Shown here: piece by piece, positions 20,857-30,197 of the stretch | Layout of the letters: every line of letters begins with the position of its first letter | Position numbering within the stretch: the stretch's first letter is position 1 | DNA from: Candidatus Hydrogenedentota bacterium | GTDB taxonomy: Bacteria; Hydrogenedentota; Hydrogenedentia; Hydrogenedentales; JAEUWI01 | NCBI GenBank assembly: GCA_034669905.1 | Contig: JAXMOL010000009.1 | Location: forward strand, 32,001 to 96,000 | Direction of reading: 5' to 3' | Length of the DNA stretch: 64,000 bases | Translations under genes and position numbers: made by a program | Notes under the pieces: generated by a model | What the model was told of the DNA's origin: nothing | What the model saw: only the letters and a program-made list of their open reading frames with translations | The model's database searches: none

Positions 20857-23800
20857 TTGGGCGCCTTACAGAAAATATACGAGCTCTTCTCCAAAATCGG
20901 TGACCTCAAGATTATGCTGGTCCCGGTGTTCTTTATCCTTGCGGCCATCGGCGGCTTCTGGGAGCAGATCACCGTCTATGTGCACGCATGGTCAATTGTA
21001 CTGCTCATCGTCCTTATTCTGATTGGCGCTGCGGTATACACCTACATCAAACTGGTGAAGCCGTGGCGTGATAGTCGCAAAGCGGCCCAGGTGCCTGGCG
21101 AAGAAGGTGTCGAGGAGGAGGTTCCTGAGATTACCGACGAGGAATTTCGTCGGGCCTTTAAGCTTAAGTTCGACAAGGGCGTGGCTGATCTGGCCGCCTT
21201 CCGGAAAGATTCCGACAAGCTGCCCCTCTATCTCGTCGTGGGCGAGCGCGGCTGTGGTAAATCCGAGGCCATTCGCCGCAGCGGCATTGGCTTCCCCGCC
21301 GGCCTGACCAACACGGAGCAGGGTGTGGGGGGGACGGAGATCCTCGATTGGTGGATTACCAACCGGGGGGTGCTCCTCGATTTGCCGGGTGCCCATTTCT
21401 TCGGGCGGGGGGGCAAGTCCGAGGCCCTCGCGTGGAAGCTCCTTCTGAAGAGTATTGCGGATTTTCGCCCCGCCAGTCCGCTGAATGGCATTATCCTCAC
21501 CTTCTCCTCCGAACAGTTGCTCGCGGACACGGATGAGTCCGTAAGCGCCAAGTCGGCCCGTCTGGTGGAGCACTTTGAAAACATCCACCGTGCCCTCGGC
21601 ACCCAGGTGCCCGTATTTATCATGGTGACCAAGGCCGACCGGCTCTGTGGCTTCCTGGAGTACTTCGGCGACCTCAAAGAAGAGGGCGGCACCGATCAGA
21701 TCTTTGGATGGTCCAACCCCGATGAATTGGAAGAACCCTTCCAGGTGGAAAAATACCGGACGGGTATCGAAGGTATTTTCCAGCGCCTTCGTCAGCGCCG
21801 GGACTCCCTTCTCCAGTATTCCATCGAATCGCGCAGTCTGGCCTATAAACGCCGTGTCCAGGTGAATCATCTCTACGAGTTTCCCCGCAGCTTCCGTCTC
21901 AGCGCGAACCGCCTGGGGGATTATCTCGAACGCATTTTCGAACCCAACTCCTGGTATTGCGATCCCTTCTTTCTGCGGGGGGCTTACTACACCTCTGCCA
22001 TTCAACGTGAGACCGAGCTCGATCCCTCGCTGGCCCGGGCCCTCGAAAAGCCACTGGAAGAGTTGCCCGCCGCACAGGCCCGCCACACAGAAGACAGCTA
22101 TTTCCTCAAGGAAACCTTGAATGATAAGGTCTTCTGCGAGGGCGGATTGGTTACTTGGAACCAGGATCCCCGCTACCAACGGAAACGGTCCCGTGCCCGT
22201 CTCGTGCTCGCTGCGGCCGTATTGCTGGCCCTGTTTACCGCCTTCACCGTCTATAGCTCCATTGTCTGGCAGCAGGAAATGGAGAATAAGCACGATGATT
22301 GGGTGGCCGTAAAGGATTGGCTGCCGGAGAGCGACAATATCGTGGCCCGAAAAGCGGGCTCCTACACCTACAACGGCGGGATCCCGGTGGAGCTCTCGGA
22401 AAAAGTCATCATCCCGGAAGACATGGGAACCCTTGAGCTTTTCGAGATGCCCAAGTTGCTGGAGCAGGGATGGATTCAGGATGTTCGCACCCCCCTCATT
22501 TTCCGTCCCATCGATCTTTTCAATCGCAAGCTCGAAACCGACATGTACGATGCCTACCGGGGCATCTTCGAGTACCGCTATGTGACCCCCCTGGTCGTCG
22601 CGGCGGAGAAGCGCATTCTCGCCGAAGAGGACCACTGGTCCGATGAAGCGACCTATGCCCTGGGGCAATTGCTCCGCATCGAGGCCACGGCGGCAAATCA
22701 GGCACCGACCCTCGGCTCGCAGGACCGCCAGGTCGACCTGGATCACTACTTCAAATTTGTTCTGGATGATTTGAGCCTCTACGCCGATCATGCCAAGGAC
22801 TACAACGATTACGTGCGTGAGATTTACCATGGCGGGGGACGAAAGGCATGGCCGCCTGAGGTGCTGGTGGACGAGAATGCCCGGGAAGGCCTGGAAGGTG
22901 CAACGGAAAGTGGCGTCAAGCAGTTCAAGAAGGCCATGGATTTCTTCGTTTCGAAAGAGGGCGAAGCCTTTGCCGACTTGCGTTTGCTCCTGGATGCCAT
23001 CGTGGCGTTCCGCGATGCCGAGTCCCTCCTGTGGAAGAACGCCCTGTCCAGCGGCGACCCCGATAGCGTGCATCAGATCGACGTAATTCTCAAATCCTGG
23101 CAACACGACGTAGAAGAGTTGTCCAAGCGCCGGGAGGCACTGGATGATGTGCTGGAGAAACTTTTCCAGGATGAAGTGGTTGATATTAAGCTGCTCTGCG
23201 ATCGCCGTCGGGTGGACGTCACGGACCAGGTGGAAGATCGCTACTATATTCTCGAGAAAGAACTGGAGAATGTGAAGCCTGTTCCGGAAGGGGAGACGGA
23301 AGAGCATCACATTGAGGGCGTCAAGGTGACCTTGGCCGCCGATTTGTTAGCCAGTAAGGAGCTTATCAAGACGGAAGTGCAGCAGTATCTTGCTGATTTC
23401 GAAGCGCTCCGGGCCAACCGCGAATACCTGGCCAAGACGGACTACCAGGATTTCCGACGCTACCAGCTGCGTAACCATGTCTACGGCTTCCTTCAGTCCT
23501 CCGATTACGTCGTGGGCGAAGACATCTACGATCCCTTTGATTACCTGCTGGATCTGGAAGAGCTGCAGAAAGCCTTTGACGAAAGCGTCCGGAATATTGC
23601 CGATTTCGACACCAATTCGGACAGCTTCAACAGCGGACGTGAAGCGGCATCCAAGATGCTCAATCTCATCTACCGCCAACAGCGCTTCCGGGTCGTCGAG
23701 CAAATCGTCCAGGCCCTGCCCATTACGACCGGCGATTTCGCCCGCATGGTTTCCTCCCGCGTAGAAGCCCAGTGGCTCGAGCGTCCAGAGATTCCTCTGA

Positions 23801-26145
23801 CGCCCGATGGCGACCTTCACCAGTTTGATGATGGCTACAACACGGAAGTGGTCTACGACCTGCTCACGCTCTGGACCCACATGGACGAAATCCTGCGCCA
23901 GGAGCGGTTGGGTAAAGACAGCCTGCCCGATGTGGAACGTCTGAAGCGGAGTTTCCGGGAAAAAGACCAGGTCTTCAATCACTACATCACGGAGTACATG
24001 AATTATTGGACCCGCACCGTGGATCAGAACACGGAGATGGTGCAATACGGCACGTGGAAAGATTTTCATCAGGAGCTCAGCAACCTCGAAGTTTACAATG
24101 TAAACCACAAGTTGCAGATTCTCTTTGAAACGGCGCTCTACGCCGTCGATATTATTCCGTCCAGCCACCCGGGACAGACCGATGCCCATTTGGACCTGTC
24201 GCTGAAGATGAAGGCCCTGACGGAGGACTTCGACGCCGAGTGTCTCCGTATTCTCAACGCGTGGAAGGCCATCGAGAAGGTCGACCGCGATGTGATGAAC
24301 GAGATCCTGTTGCTCTCCGCAGCGGACTTCAAGTCTCAGTATCTCACCCTGCTCGACAACAATGTAAACAAGGCCAACTTCGGATTCTGGAACAGTCTCT
24401 GCACCCAGGCAGTCCGTCTTCTGGCTGACGAAGGCGAGCATCTTTCCCGCTACTACCTCACGAACCTGGCCACCCGCTACCGGGGCTTCCCGTTGATTAA
24501 CGATGTGGCCACCCCGGCGCTCAGCCCCGAAGGCTTTGACGAAGCGCTTGAGTTGGTTCGACACATCAAGCAGGCACCGAAAGAAGAAGACCCGGACACG
24601 CTCATGGGCGGCGATCGCACGGGCTGGCCGGATGTGGACAAAGAAATTGACCGTCTCCAGGGCGGAAAAGTTCTCCGCACGGAATACGAGCGCGAGTGGT
24701 TTGCCCAGCTGGTGGGTGTGATGGAATTCATCGAGGGCGACGAACCCCTCACCTGTGAGCTCATCGTGCTCCCCCGGGAGAAGCAGGCCGTGCGGCCCCC
24801 CCGATTCCCGGCACCCCAACCGACCCAGAAGGTCTTCGGGGATGCGACGTGGGTCTACCGCTACCTCCGCATCAACGGCGTCGCTTTCAACACGGAACCC
24901 ACGACTTATGTGGTGGGCCACGAAGGCAAGACCTATCCCATGGCACCCGATGCCAATAAGCTGGCCATGCACTTCTACTACACCTCAGAAGACCTGGATC
25001 CAGGCGTGAACAGTTTCGCCCGGCCCAGTGGTGTGGCAGGGCTCGAAATGGACTGGTTGCCGCTGGTGGTCTTGCACATGGGGGATACGGTCGTCCTGGA
25101 AGACAAGAAGACGGCCGCCGTGCCCTTCCGCGTCGTGGACAACGCCGAGCACAAAGACAGCGAGTACTATTACTGGTTGGGATTCCGCTTTAACAAGGAG
25201 ATTCCCGATCTCAAGTCCTGGCCATCGCCCTTCAACTGGCCCCACCTGCGCCGGACCACCCGCGAACTGGGCGGGTTCCTGCCGGACGAAAGCGATGGAA
25301 ACGGCCATCTCTACCCGGAAGCACCCCTCTTGCCCCTGCAGCGGGACGTGGCTGCCGTAGAACGGGTTCAGACCAACGCGAGTATGGTACGTCCCAGTGA
25401 AAAGATAAAACAGGTGGCAACGTCGACGCCGCCGCCGGTTACGTCGACCCCATCGGCCCGGCCCTATGATGCACCGGTACCGGCGCCCACTTCGGCGCCT
25501 GCGGCCGCCATGAGCGCGGAAGAAGAGGCCTTCATCCATGCACCGGCCCTCCCCGCCGATGCTCCGGAAGTCGAAGAATCCGCGCCTATGTCTGCGCCTG
25601 CGCCCGTGGCTGCACCCGCAACGGGCCGCGTGCCCCTCTATTCGCCGGCTGGTGGACATTCCACCGACAACATCTATCAGGCCCCCCGTCCGGAGTCACG
25701 CCCGGCGCGCGGCTATTCCCCATCCACGCGGGGCTATGCGCCCGAGGATGCGCCGGTTATGACACCACCTACCGCCGAAGTGATTGTGAAGTCGCCGCCA
25801 CCGCCGGCCGTGACCGTTACACCCGCCCAACCCGTGGTGCCCGAGACGCCAACCATTCCGGTGGTGGAGCCCGCGACGATTAAGCGCAGCCCACCCGTTG
25901 TGCCCGCACCAGAGCGGCCCCTCTATACCACCGAGGTGACCTTCACCCCGCCCCGCCCCGGCGCGTCCGGGCCGGTACCCCCGGGGGGAGATGCGATAAT
26001 CGGAACGGACGCTCCGGAAGTCCATCAGGAACCCGTGCCGTCGCCCTACACGGTAAAAGAAGGCGCGGGCTACGAAGCGGTCAAGGCTAAAAAAAAAACA
26101 CGGTCGCCGGTGACGCGACGGCCGATGACCCGGGGCCGTCGCTAA
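20857..26145 (+). CDS. tssM: T6SS TssM/IcmF, very long (1,762 aa) with a Pro-rich tail; probably continues into 26157-27494 by frameshift
   Basis: Two N-terminal TMs, Walker A GERGCGKS, WW...VLLD, PLNGIILT, VTKADRL.GF.EYF, LRGAYYTSA and a third TM; the periplasmic part is divergent. Confidence 0.9.
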   Translation: MGALQKIYELFSKIGDLKIMLVPVFFILAAIGGFWEQITVYVHAWSIVLLIVLILIGAAVYTYIKLVKPWRDSRKAAQVPGEEGVEEEVPEITDEEFRRAFKLKFDKGVADLAAFRKDSDKLPLYLVVGERGCGKSEAIRRSGIGFPAGLTNTEQGVGGTEILDWWITNRGVLLDLPGAHFFGRGGKSEALAWKLLLKSIADFRPASPLNGIILTFSSEQLLADTDESVSAKSARLVEHFENIHRALGTQVPVFIMVTKADRLCGFLEYFGDLKEEGGTDQIFGWSNPDELEEPFQVEKYRTGIEGIFQRLRQRRDSLLQYSIESRSLAYKRRVQVNHLYEFPRSFRLSANRLGDYLERIFEPNSWYCDPFFLRGAYYTSAIQRETELDPSLARALEKPLEELPAAQARHTEDSYFLKETLNDKVFCEGGLVTWNQDPRYQRKRSRARLVLAAAVLLALFTAFTVYSSIVWQQEMENKHDDWVAVKDWLPESDNIVARKAGSYTYNGGIPVELSEKVIIPEDMGTLELFEMPKLLEQGWIQDVRTPLIFRPIDLFNRKLETDMYDAYRGIFEYRYVTPLVVAAEKRILAEEDHWSDEATYALGQLLRIEATAANQAPTLGSQDRQVDLDHYFKFVLDDLSLYADHAKDYNDYVREIYHGGGRKAWPPEVLVDENAREGLEGATESGVKQFKKAMDFFVSKEGEAFADLRLLLDAIVAFRDAESLLWKNALSSGDPDSVHQIDVILKSWQHDVEELSKRREALDDVLEKLFQDEVVDIKLLCDRRRVDVTDQVEDRYYILEKELENVKPVPEGETEEHHIEGVKVTLAADLLASKELIKTEVQQYLADFEALRANREYLAKTDYQDFRRYQLRNHVYGFLQSSDYVVGEDIYDPFDYLLDLEELQKAFDESVRNIADFDTNSDSFNSGREAASKMLNLIYRQQRFRVVEQIVQALPITTGDFARMVSSRVEAQWLERPEIPLTPDGDLHQFDDGYNTEVVYDLLTLWTHMDEILRQERLGKDSLPDVERLKRSFREKDQVFNHYITEYMNYWTRTVDQNTEMVQYGTWKDFHQELSNLEVYNVNHKLQILFETALYAVDIIPSSHPGQTDAHLDLSLKMKALTEDFDAECLRILNAWKAIEKVDRDVMNEILLLSAADFKSQYLTLLDNNVNKANFGFWNSLCTQAVRLLADEGEHLSRYYLTNLATRYRGFPLINDVATPALSPEGFDEALELVRHIKQAPKEEDPDTLMGGDRTGWPDVDKEIDRLQGGKVLRTEYEREWFAQLVGVMEFIEGDEPLTCELIVLPREKQAVRPPRFPAPQPTQKVFGDATWVYRYLRINGVAFNTEPTTYVVGHEGKTYPMAPDANKLAMHFYYTSEDLDPGVNSFARPSGVAGLEMDWLPLVVLHMGDTVVLEDKKTAAVPFRVVDNAEHKDSEYYYWLGFRFNKEIPDLKSWPSPFNWPHLRRTTRELGGFLPDESDGNGHLYPEAPLLPLQRDVAAVERVQTNASMVRPSEKIKQVATSTPPPVTSTPSARPYDAPVPAPTSAPAAAMSAEEEAFIHAPALPADAPEVEESAPMSAPAPVAAPATGRVPLYSPAGGHSTDNIYQAPRPESRPARGYSPSTRGYAPEDAPVMTPPTAEVIVKSPPPPAVTVTPAQPVVPETPTIPVVEPATIKRSPPVVPAPERPLYTTEVTFTPPRPGASGPVPPGGDAIIGTDAPEVHQEPVPSPYTVKEGAGYEAVKAKKKTRSPVTRRPMTRGRR
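26089..26098 (+). other. A10 homopolymer, candidate slippage/frameshift site
   Basis: GCT AAAAAAAAAA CACGG. The -1 frame has TAA at 26088-26090 and is then open from 26091 to 27494. Confidence 0.75.
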
Positions 26146-26156
26146 CCCTCGTTGAT

Positions 26157-27494
26157 GTGACCGTGACGGAGTCCCCCGAAATGGCGGGGGACCAGCGCCT
26201 GGCCAATCCCGCGCTGTTGAATCAATACAGCCGCCCCGAGGTGGTTGTCCGCAAAGGACCCGGCCAGCCCGGTGTGACCAATGCGCTCCCCATCGTTTTC
26301 GATGTGGTCTTTGAAGAGCCTGTCGTGGATTTTCCGGTCGGTTTCAACGTGCCTGGGCTCCTCTTCACCGGAAGCGCTGCCGGCCTTCATTATGAAGTGA
26401 CGGGGCAGAGGGCCTTTTACCAGGTCACTATCCGTTCCATCGAGCAAGATGGGGACGTGGCACTCGCCATTCCGGCTGCGTTGACCGCTGACCTTTTTGG
26501 CAATGTGAACCGGGCTTCCGTGGACGATGGTGCCCTGGTGCACTACGATGCCACCCGCCCCCAATGTGTCATACAAAGCGACCAGGAAGGGGTGATGAAC
26601 GAGGCCCAGATGAATATCGCGCTGGTTTTTTCCGAGCCGGTTTTTGGACTTCGTGATGATGCCCTCACCTTGGAGAACGCTACCGTGGCCCGTACCGCCG
26701 GACAGGATGGGGATACCCGGTATCATTTCGCCGTGACGCCCCGTGCAGATGGGGTGACGGCCCTGACTGTGCCTGAGGATGCGGTAGTCGATGCGACCGG
26801 CAACGGCAACGAGGCATCCCCGGTATTCTCCCTGGTGGTGGACAGCAATGGCCCGGAGGTGACGCTGAGTTCCTTCGAGACGCCCCAGGCGAGCAATAGC
26901 TGGGTCATACGCGTCCATGCCGTGTTTACGGAGCCCACCTTCGACCTGGAGAAAAGCGATGTGGCCGTACGGGGGGGCACCCTGCTCAACTTTACGCGCC
27001 GGGAAGATGGGATGACCTTCGTCTTTGACGTGAAGCCAACGGGAGATGAAGTCCTGCTGGCTATTCCAGAAGGGGTAGCCCGGGATGCCATCGGCAATCC
27101 CAATGCGGCCTCAGAGCGCTTTGTGCGGCAGATTGATCGGACGCGACCCACGGTCGCTATCGACGTTCCCGACACGGCGAAAGATGCGACGGGTGCTATC
27201 GCGGTCACGCTCAGGTTTTCGGAGCCGGTATTTTCTCTCGCGCCCGATTTACTCCAGGTCACCCGTGGTGTTGCCCATCGTGTGGGTGGGGAAGAGGGGG
27301 ATGATACCTTCCACTACCAGGTGTCCCCCGCGGGAAGCCGCCCGATCGAATTGCGCGTTGCGTCCGGCGCGGCGCGGGATCTGGCAGGAAATCTGAATCA
27401 AGGCCGTTCCCTTCGCGTTACCCCGTCAGCGCGCCGCCCAGAGGCTTCCATAGCGGAGGGGCTGCAGGAGGCCGCACCGCCATTGCGCCCCTAG
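26157..27494 (+). CDS. Four tandem bacterial Ig-like repeats; probable C-terminal part of TssM
   Basis: Repeats of RP.V....F(S/T/E)EP......D..GN.N.AS; no signal peptide; no SD before GTG 26157. Confidence 0.8.
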   Translation: MTVTESPEMAGDQRLANPALLNQYSRPEVVVRKGPGQPGVTNALPIVFDVVFEEPVVDFPVGFNVPGLLFTGSAAGLHYEVTGQRAFYQVTIRSIEQDGDVALAIPAALTADLFGNVNRASVDDGALVHYDATRPQCVIQSDQEGVMNEAQMNIALVFSEPVFGLRDDALTLENATVARTAGQDGDTRYHFAVTPRADGVTALTVPEDAVVDATGNGNEASPVFSLVVDSNGPEVTLSSFETPQASNSWVIRVHAVFTEPTFDLEKSDVAVRGGTLLNFTRREDGMTFVFDVKPTGDEVLLAIPEGVARDAIGNPNAASERFVRQIDRTRPTVAIDVPDTAKDATGAIAVTLRFSEPVFSLAPDLLQVTRGVAHRVGGEEGDDTFHYQVSPAGSRPIELRVASGAARDLAGNLNQGRSLRVTPSARRPEASIAEGLQEAAPPLRP

Positions 27495-27633
27495 TCGTTC
27501 CATTTCGTGCGGTAGGTGCTGTGCTGCCGGTAGCCGTGGCGACGAAGCTTCGCAGTGCGTGATATGATAATCGTTACCATGAAAACAACAGGCCGAGATA
27601 GCGGCCTGTGCAGCAGTAAGGAGGGTCTGGCCC

Positions 27634-27975
27634 ATGGGGCTTAGACAACGGGCGAAAGAAGCGTGGGAAGCACGCCAACGGGAAATTCTGCAGGGGAAAA
27701 TCCGCGCGACCAAGAAATTGCTCCGCGAAAACTTTGGCGTCCGAGATGAAGAGATGGATACCTTTGAGACCGCGGCCACCGGTCTTTGTGGGGCCAACAA
27801 GACGATCCGCGTGGAAGACCTGCTCTTCATGGTAGACGACGAAGGGAAGCTTTGTGTGCGCGATCAGCGGATTACCCAGCATTCCGGCAATCCCTGGAAA
27901 GAAATTGAGAATCTTTCGGACTTGGGGGCCGTAACGGTCAATCAAGTCAGCAGCGCGCAAACGCCTCAAATCTAG
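27634..27975 (+). CDS. Hypothetical protein (113 aa)
   Basis: AAGGAGG RBS; plausible composition; convergent with the amidohydrolase gene. Confidence 0.65.
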   Translation: MGLRQRAKEAWEARQREILQGKIRATKKLLRENFGVRDEEMDTFETAATGLCGANKTIRVEDLLFMVDDEGKLCVRDQRITQHSGNPWKEIENLSDLGAVTVNQVSSAQTPQI

Positions 27976-27984
27976 TCTCTTCGC

Positions 27985-30171
27985 CTAGGTCGCCTCGTAC
28001 AACGGATTTGCGGTCCACGCCACGTCGTCATCCGGATCAGGCGGCTCAATCTCTTCGGGCTCGTCATAAAACTTTTCGAGGCTTTTCCACCAGGACGGCA
28101 GCTTGCTCTTCTCGCAGGCGTACGCTTCCACCAGCTTGTCCATGCCGGCACCGCTCAGTCTCGGCTTGATGTTGAGATAGCGGAATGCATTCTTCGACGA
28201 CCAGTGTTCCCACACCTTGAGGCGCATGTGCTTTTCGTCCTCGGGGAGGTCTTTGTAGGTCTCGGGATCCATTTTGCAGGACTTTTGCACCAGTCGCCAG
28301 AAGTCACAGGGGCTCAGGCCCGAGATCTCCGTCATATACCAATCCGTGCCGATCATGCATTTATCAAAAAGGCGTTTGCCGTCTGCACGCTGGAAGAGGG
28401 CGTCTTCAAACACGGGGTTGATGATATCGGCGATGGCCTTGCCACTGCCCGTGATGAAAGAAATGTCCGCATAAACATTGTCATACTGGGTGACCAGCTT
28501 GGTGATTCGCGTCGCCCAGTCATCGGGATAGGTATCCTCCCACGTCGACACCCAGTCTCCCCAGGGTTTCCCTTCAGCCAGGAGTGCGAGGGCCGAGTCG
28601 ACGGCATGGTCATCGCTCGTCTTGTGATTGTTGCGATTGTAGATGGCCCCCTTCTTGAAGTAATCCCGAAACTTGCGGTGTCCGGTTGCGCCCGCAACCA
28701 TGGGATTCTTCACCAGAAGCTGCTCGCAATCCGCGACAATCTCCGAGCTGTTGTTCACGTAACGGGGATGGGCGTAGATGCCCAGTTTCGACCCAAAGTG
28801 TGCGAAGCACAGGCGCAAGGCCGGGTACTTCTCCAGCACCGGCTCCCAGGAATAGGGCGAGGTAGTTAACTGATCGTAGAGGCAATAGTACCCATAGCTA
28901 TTCAGCTCATAGGTCATTTTTTCGATCGACTTTTGCTTGCTCGTCCGATTCCGATTGAAACGATCGGGCTTGGTCCAGTCGGTGGGCGGATAGGCCATGG
29001 GCGATAGGGCCGAAGCGGCATCGCGATCCGCCTGATTGGCGTCGGGCGTCATGCGCCACGGTAATACCAGGGCACCATCGGGTGGGTGGCCCGTCGGACT
29101 CGTATGGTTCAAGATGGGGATGTCGTTGGCTGTGACGTAGGTGTAGAACTCGTCCAGCCGCGCATCCAGCGTGGCGCCCACTTCGGGTCCGTGGAGCGCA
29201 CCGTTGTTGTAGGGCATCCATCCGCACCGGGCATAGAGCTTCACGCCCACATAGCCCTGGGTGTCCATGGCCTTCTTCACGTGATCCAGGCAGTCGGGGC
29301 GTCGGGGGTCGTAGGGGCAAAAGGGGAATATCTGCCCGGGCCACAGCCGTGAAATCAGATGCAGGATTTCGATCTGATGCGCAAACATCGACGTGTCACG
29401 GGTAAAGAAGCGATGACTCTTCTCGGTGTTGGCATTCTTCGAGAAGTAAAAAATACCGGTGTCCGTTGCTTCTTCTTCCCGGGCCTTCGACTCCTTCATG
29501 TTCGTGCCCGAACCCTTTATCCCCGCTCCCTTGCTGGCCGCAGAGGTGCCCAGCGGCGTATAGCCGAAATCGAGGAGCATGGGGGTCACGGCGACCGGGT
29601 GCCCGATGTCGAAGCGCCCCGTTTCGTTTTGAAAGCGCTGCGTGAGTTGCAAGAGTTTCTTGGCAACCCACGGATCGTCCTTGAAATTCCAGTGGGCAAA
29701 ATTAAAGGTCGCGCCCTGGCTGTGATAGCGCACGGTTTTCTCGCGATAATCCTTCACCGACTTCTGGAAGGCTTTGCGCTTCTTTTCCGTGCTCAGGTCA
29801 TTGCCGTTAAAAATCCCATGCTGTTCGAAATTCTTGAGCGACTGTTTGCTCTTCGAAAGGCTTACGCCATGGATGTGACAATGGACGTCAATAATCGGAA
29901 GCGGGGGGAGCGGGTCATCGAACGTGGAAGCCGTTGCGCTTTCATCCCCGGTGGCCCGGGCCACCGTCTGCGTGCTGCTCCGCTCCTCCGGCTCCGGGAG
30001 GTCTTCGTCATCCCGAATGTCATCGATATCCAACTCGCCATCGACGAAATTCTCCGCAAACAGTTCCTCCGGATCAAGAGGGTCACTCAGATCAAAGAGC
30101 CCATCATCATCCGATGGGGTCGATGGGGGAGGCGTTTCGTCAGGATCAGTACTGGTTGGGCCATTGTTCAT
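27985..30171 (-). CDS. Amidohydrolase-family (TIM-barrel metallohydrolase) protein with acidic N-terminal extension
   Basis: IIDVHCH, YDPRR, GVKLY, LRLCFAHFG, VYADIS and GTDW motifs. Confidence 0.8.
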   Translation of the reverse strand: MNNGPTSTDPDETPPPSTPSDDDGLFDLSDPLDPEELFAENFVDGELDIDDIRDDEDLPEPEERSSTQTVARATGDESATASTFDDPLPPLPIIDVHCHIHGVSLSKSKQSLKNFEQHGIFNGNDLSTEKKRKAFQKSVKDYREKTVRYHSQGATFNFAHWNFKDDPWVAKKLLQLTQRFQNETGRFDIGHPVAVTPMLLDFGYTPLGTSAASKGAGIKGSGTNMKESKAREEEATDTGIFYFSKNANTEKSHRFFTRDTSMFAHQIEILHLISRLWPGQIFPFCPYDPRRPDCLDHVKKAMDTQGYVGVKLYARCGWMPYNNGALHGPEVGATLDARLDEFYTYVTANDIPILNHTSPTGHPPDGALVLPWRMTPDANQADRDAASALSPMAYPPTDWTKPDRFNRNRTSKQKSIEKMTYELNSYGYYCLYDQLTTSPYSWEPVLEKYPALRLCFAHFGSKLGIYAHPRYVNNSSEIVADCEQLLVKNPMVAGATGHRKFRDYFKKGAIYNRNNHKTSDDHAVDSALALLAEGKPWGDWVSTWEDTYPDDWATRITKLVTQYDNVYADISFITGSGKAIADIINPVFEDALFQRADGKRLFDKCMIGTDWYMTEISGLSPCDFWRLVQKSCKMDPETYKDLPEDEKHMRLKVWEHWSSKNAFRYLNIKPRLSGAGMDKLVEAYACEKSKLPSWWKSLEKFYDEPEEIEPPDPDDDVAWTANPLYEAT

Positions 30172-30197
30172 CGTAGCGATTCACTTTGCTTCTCGGT

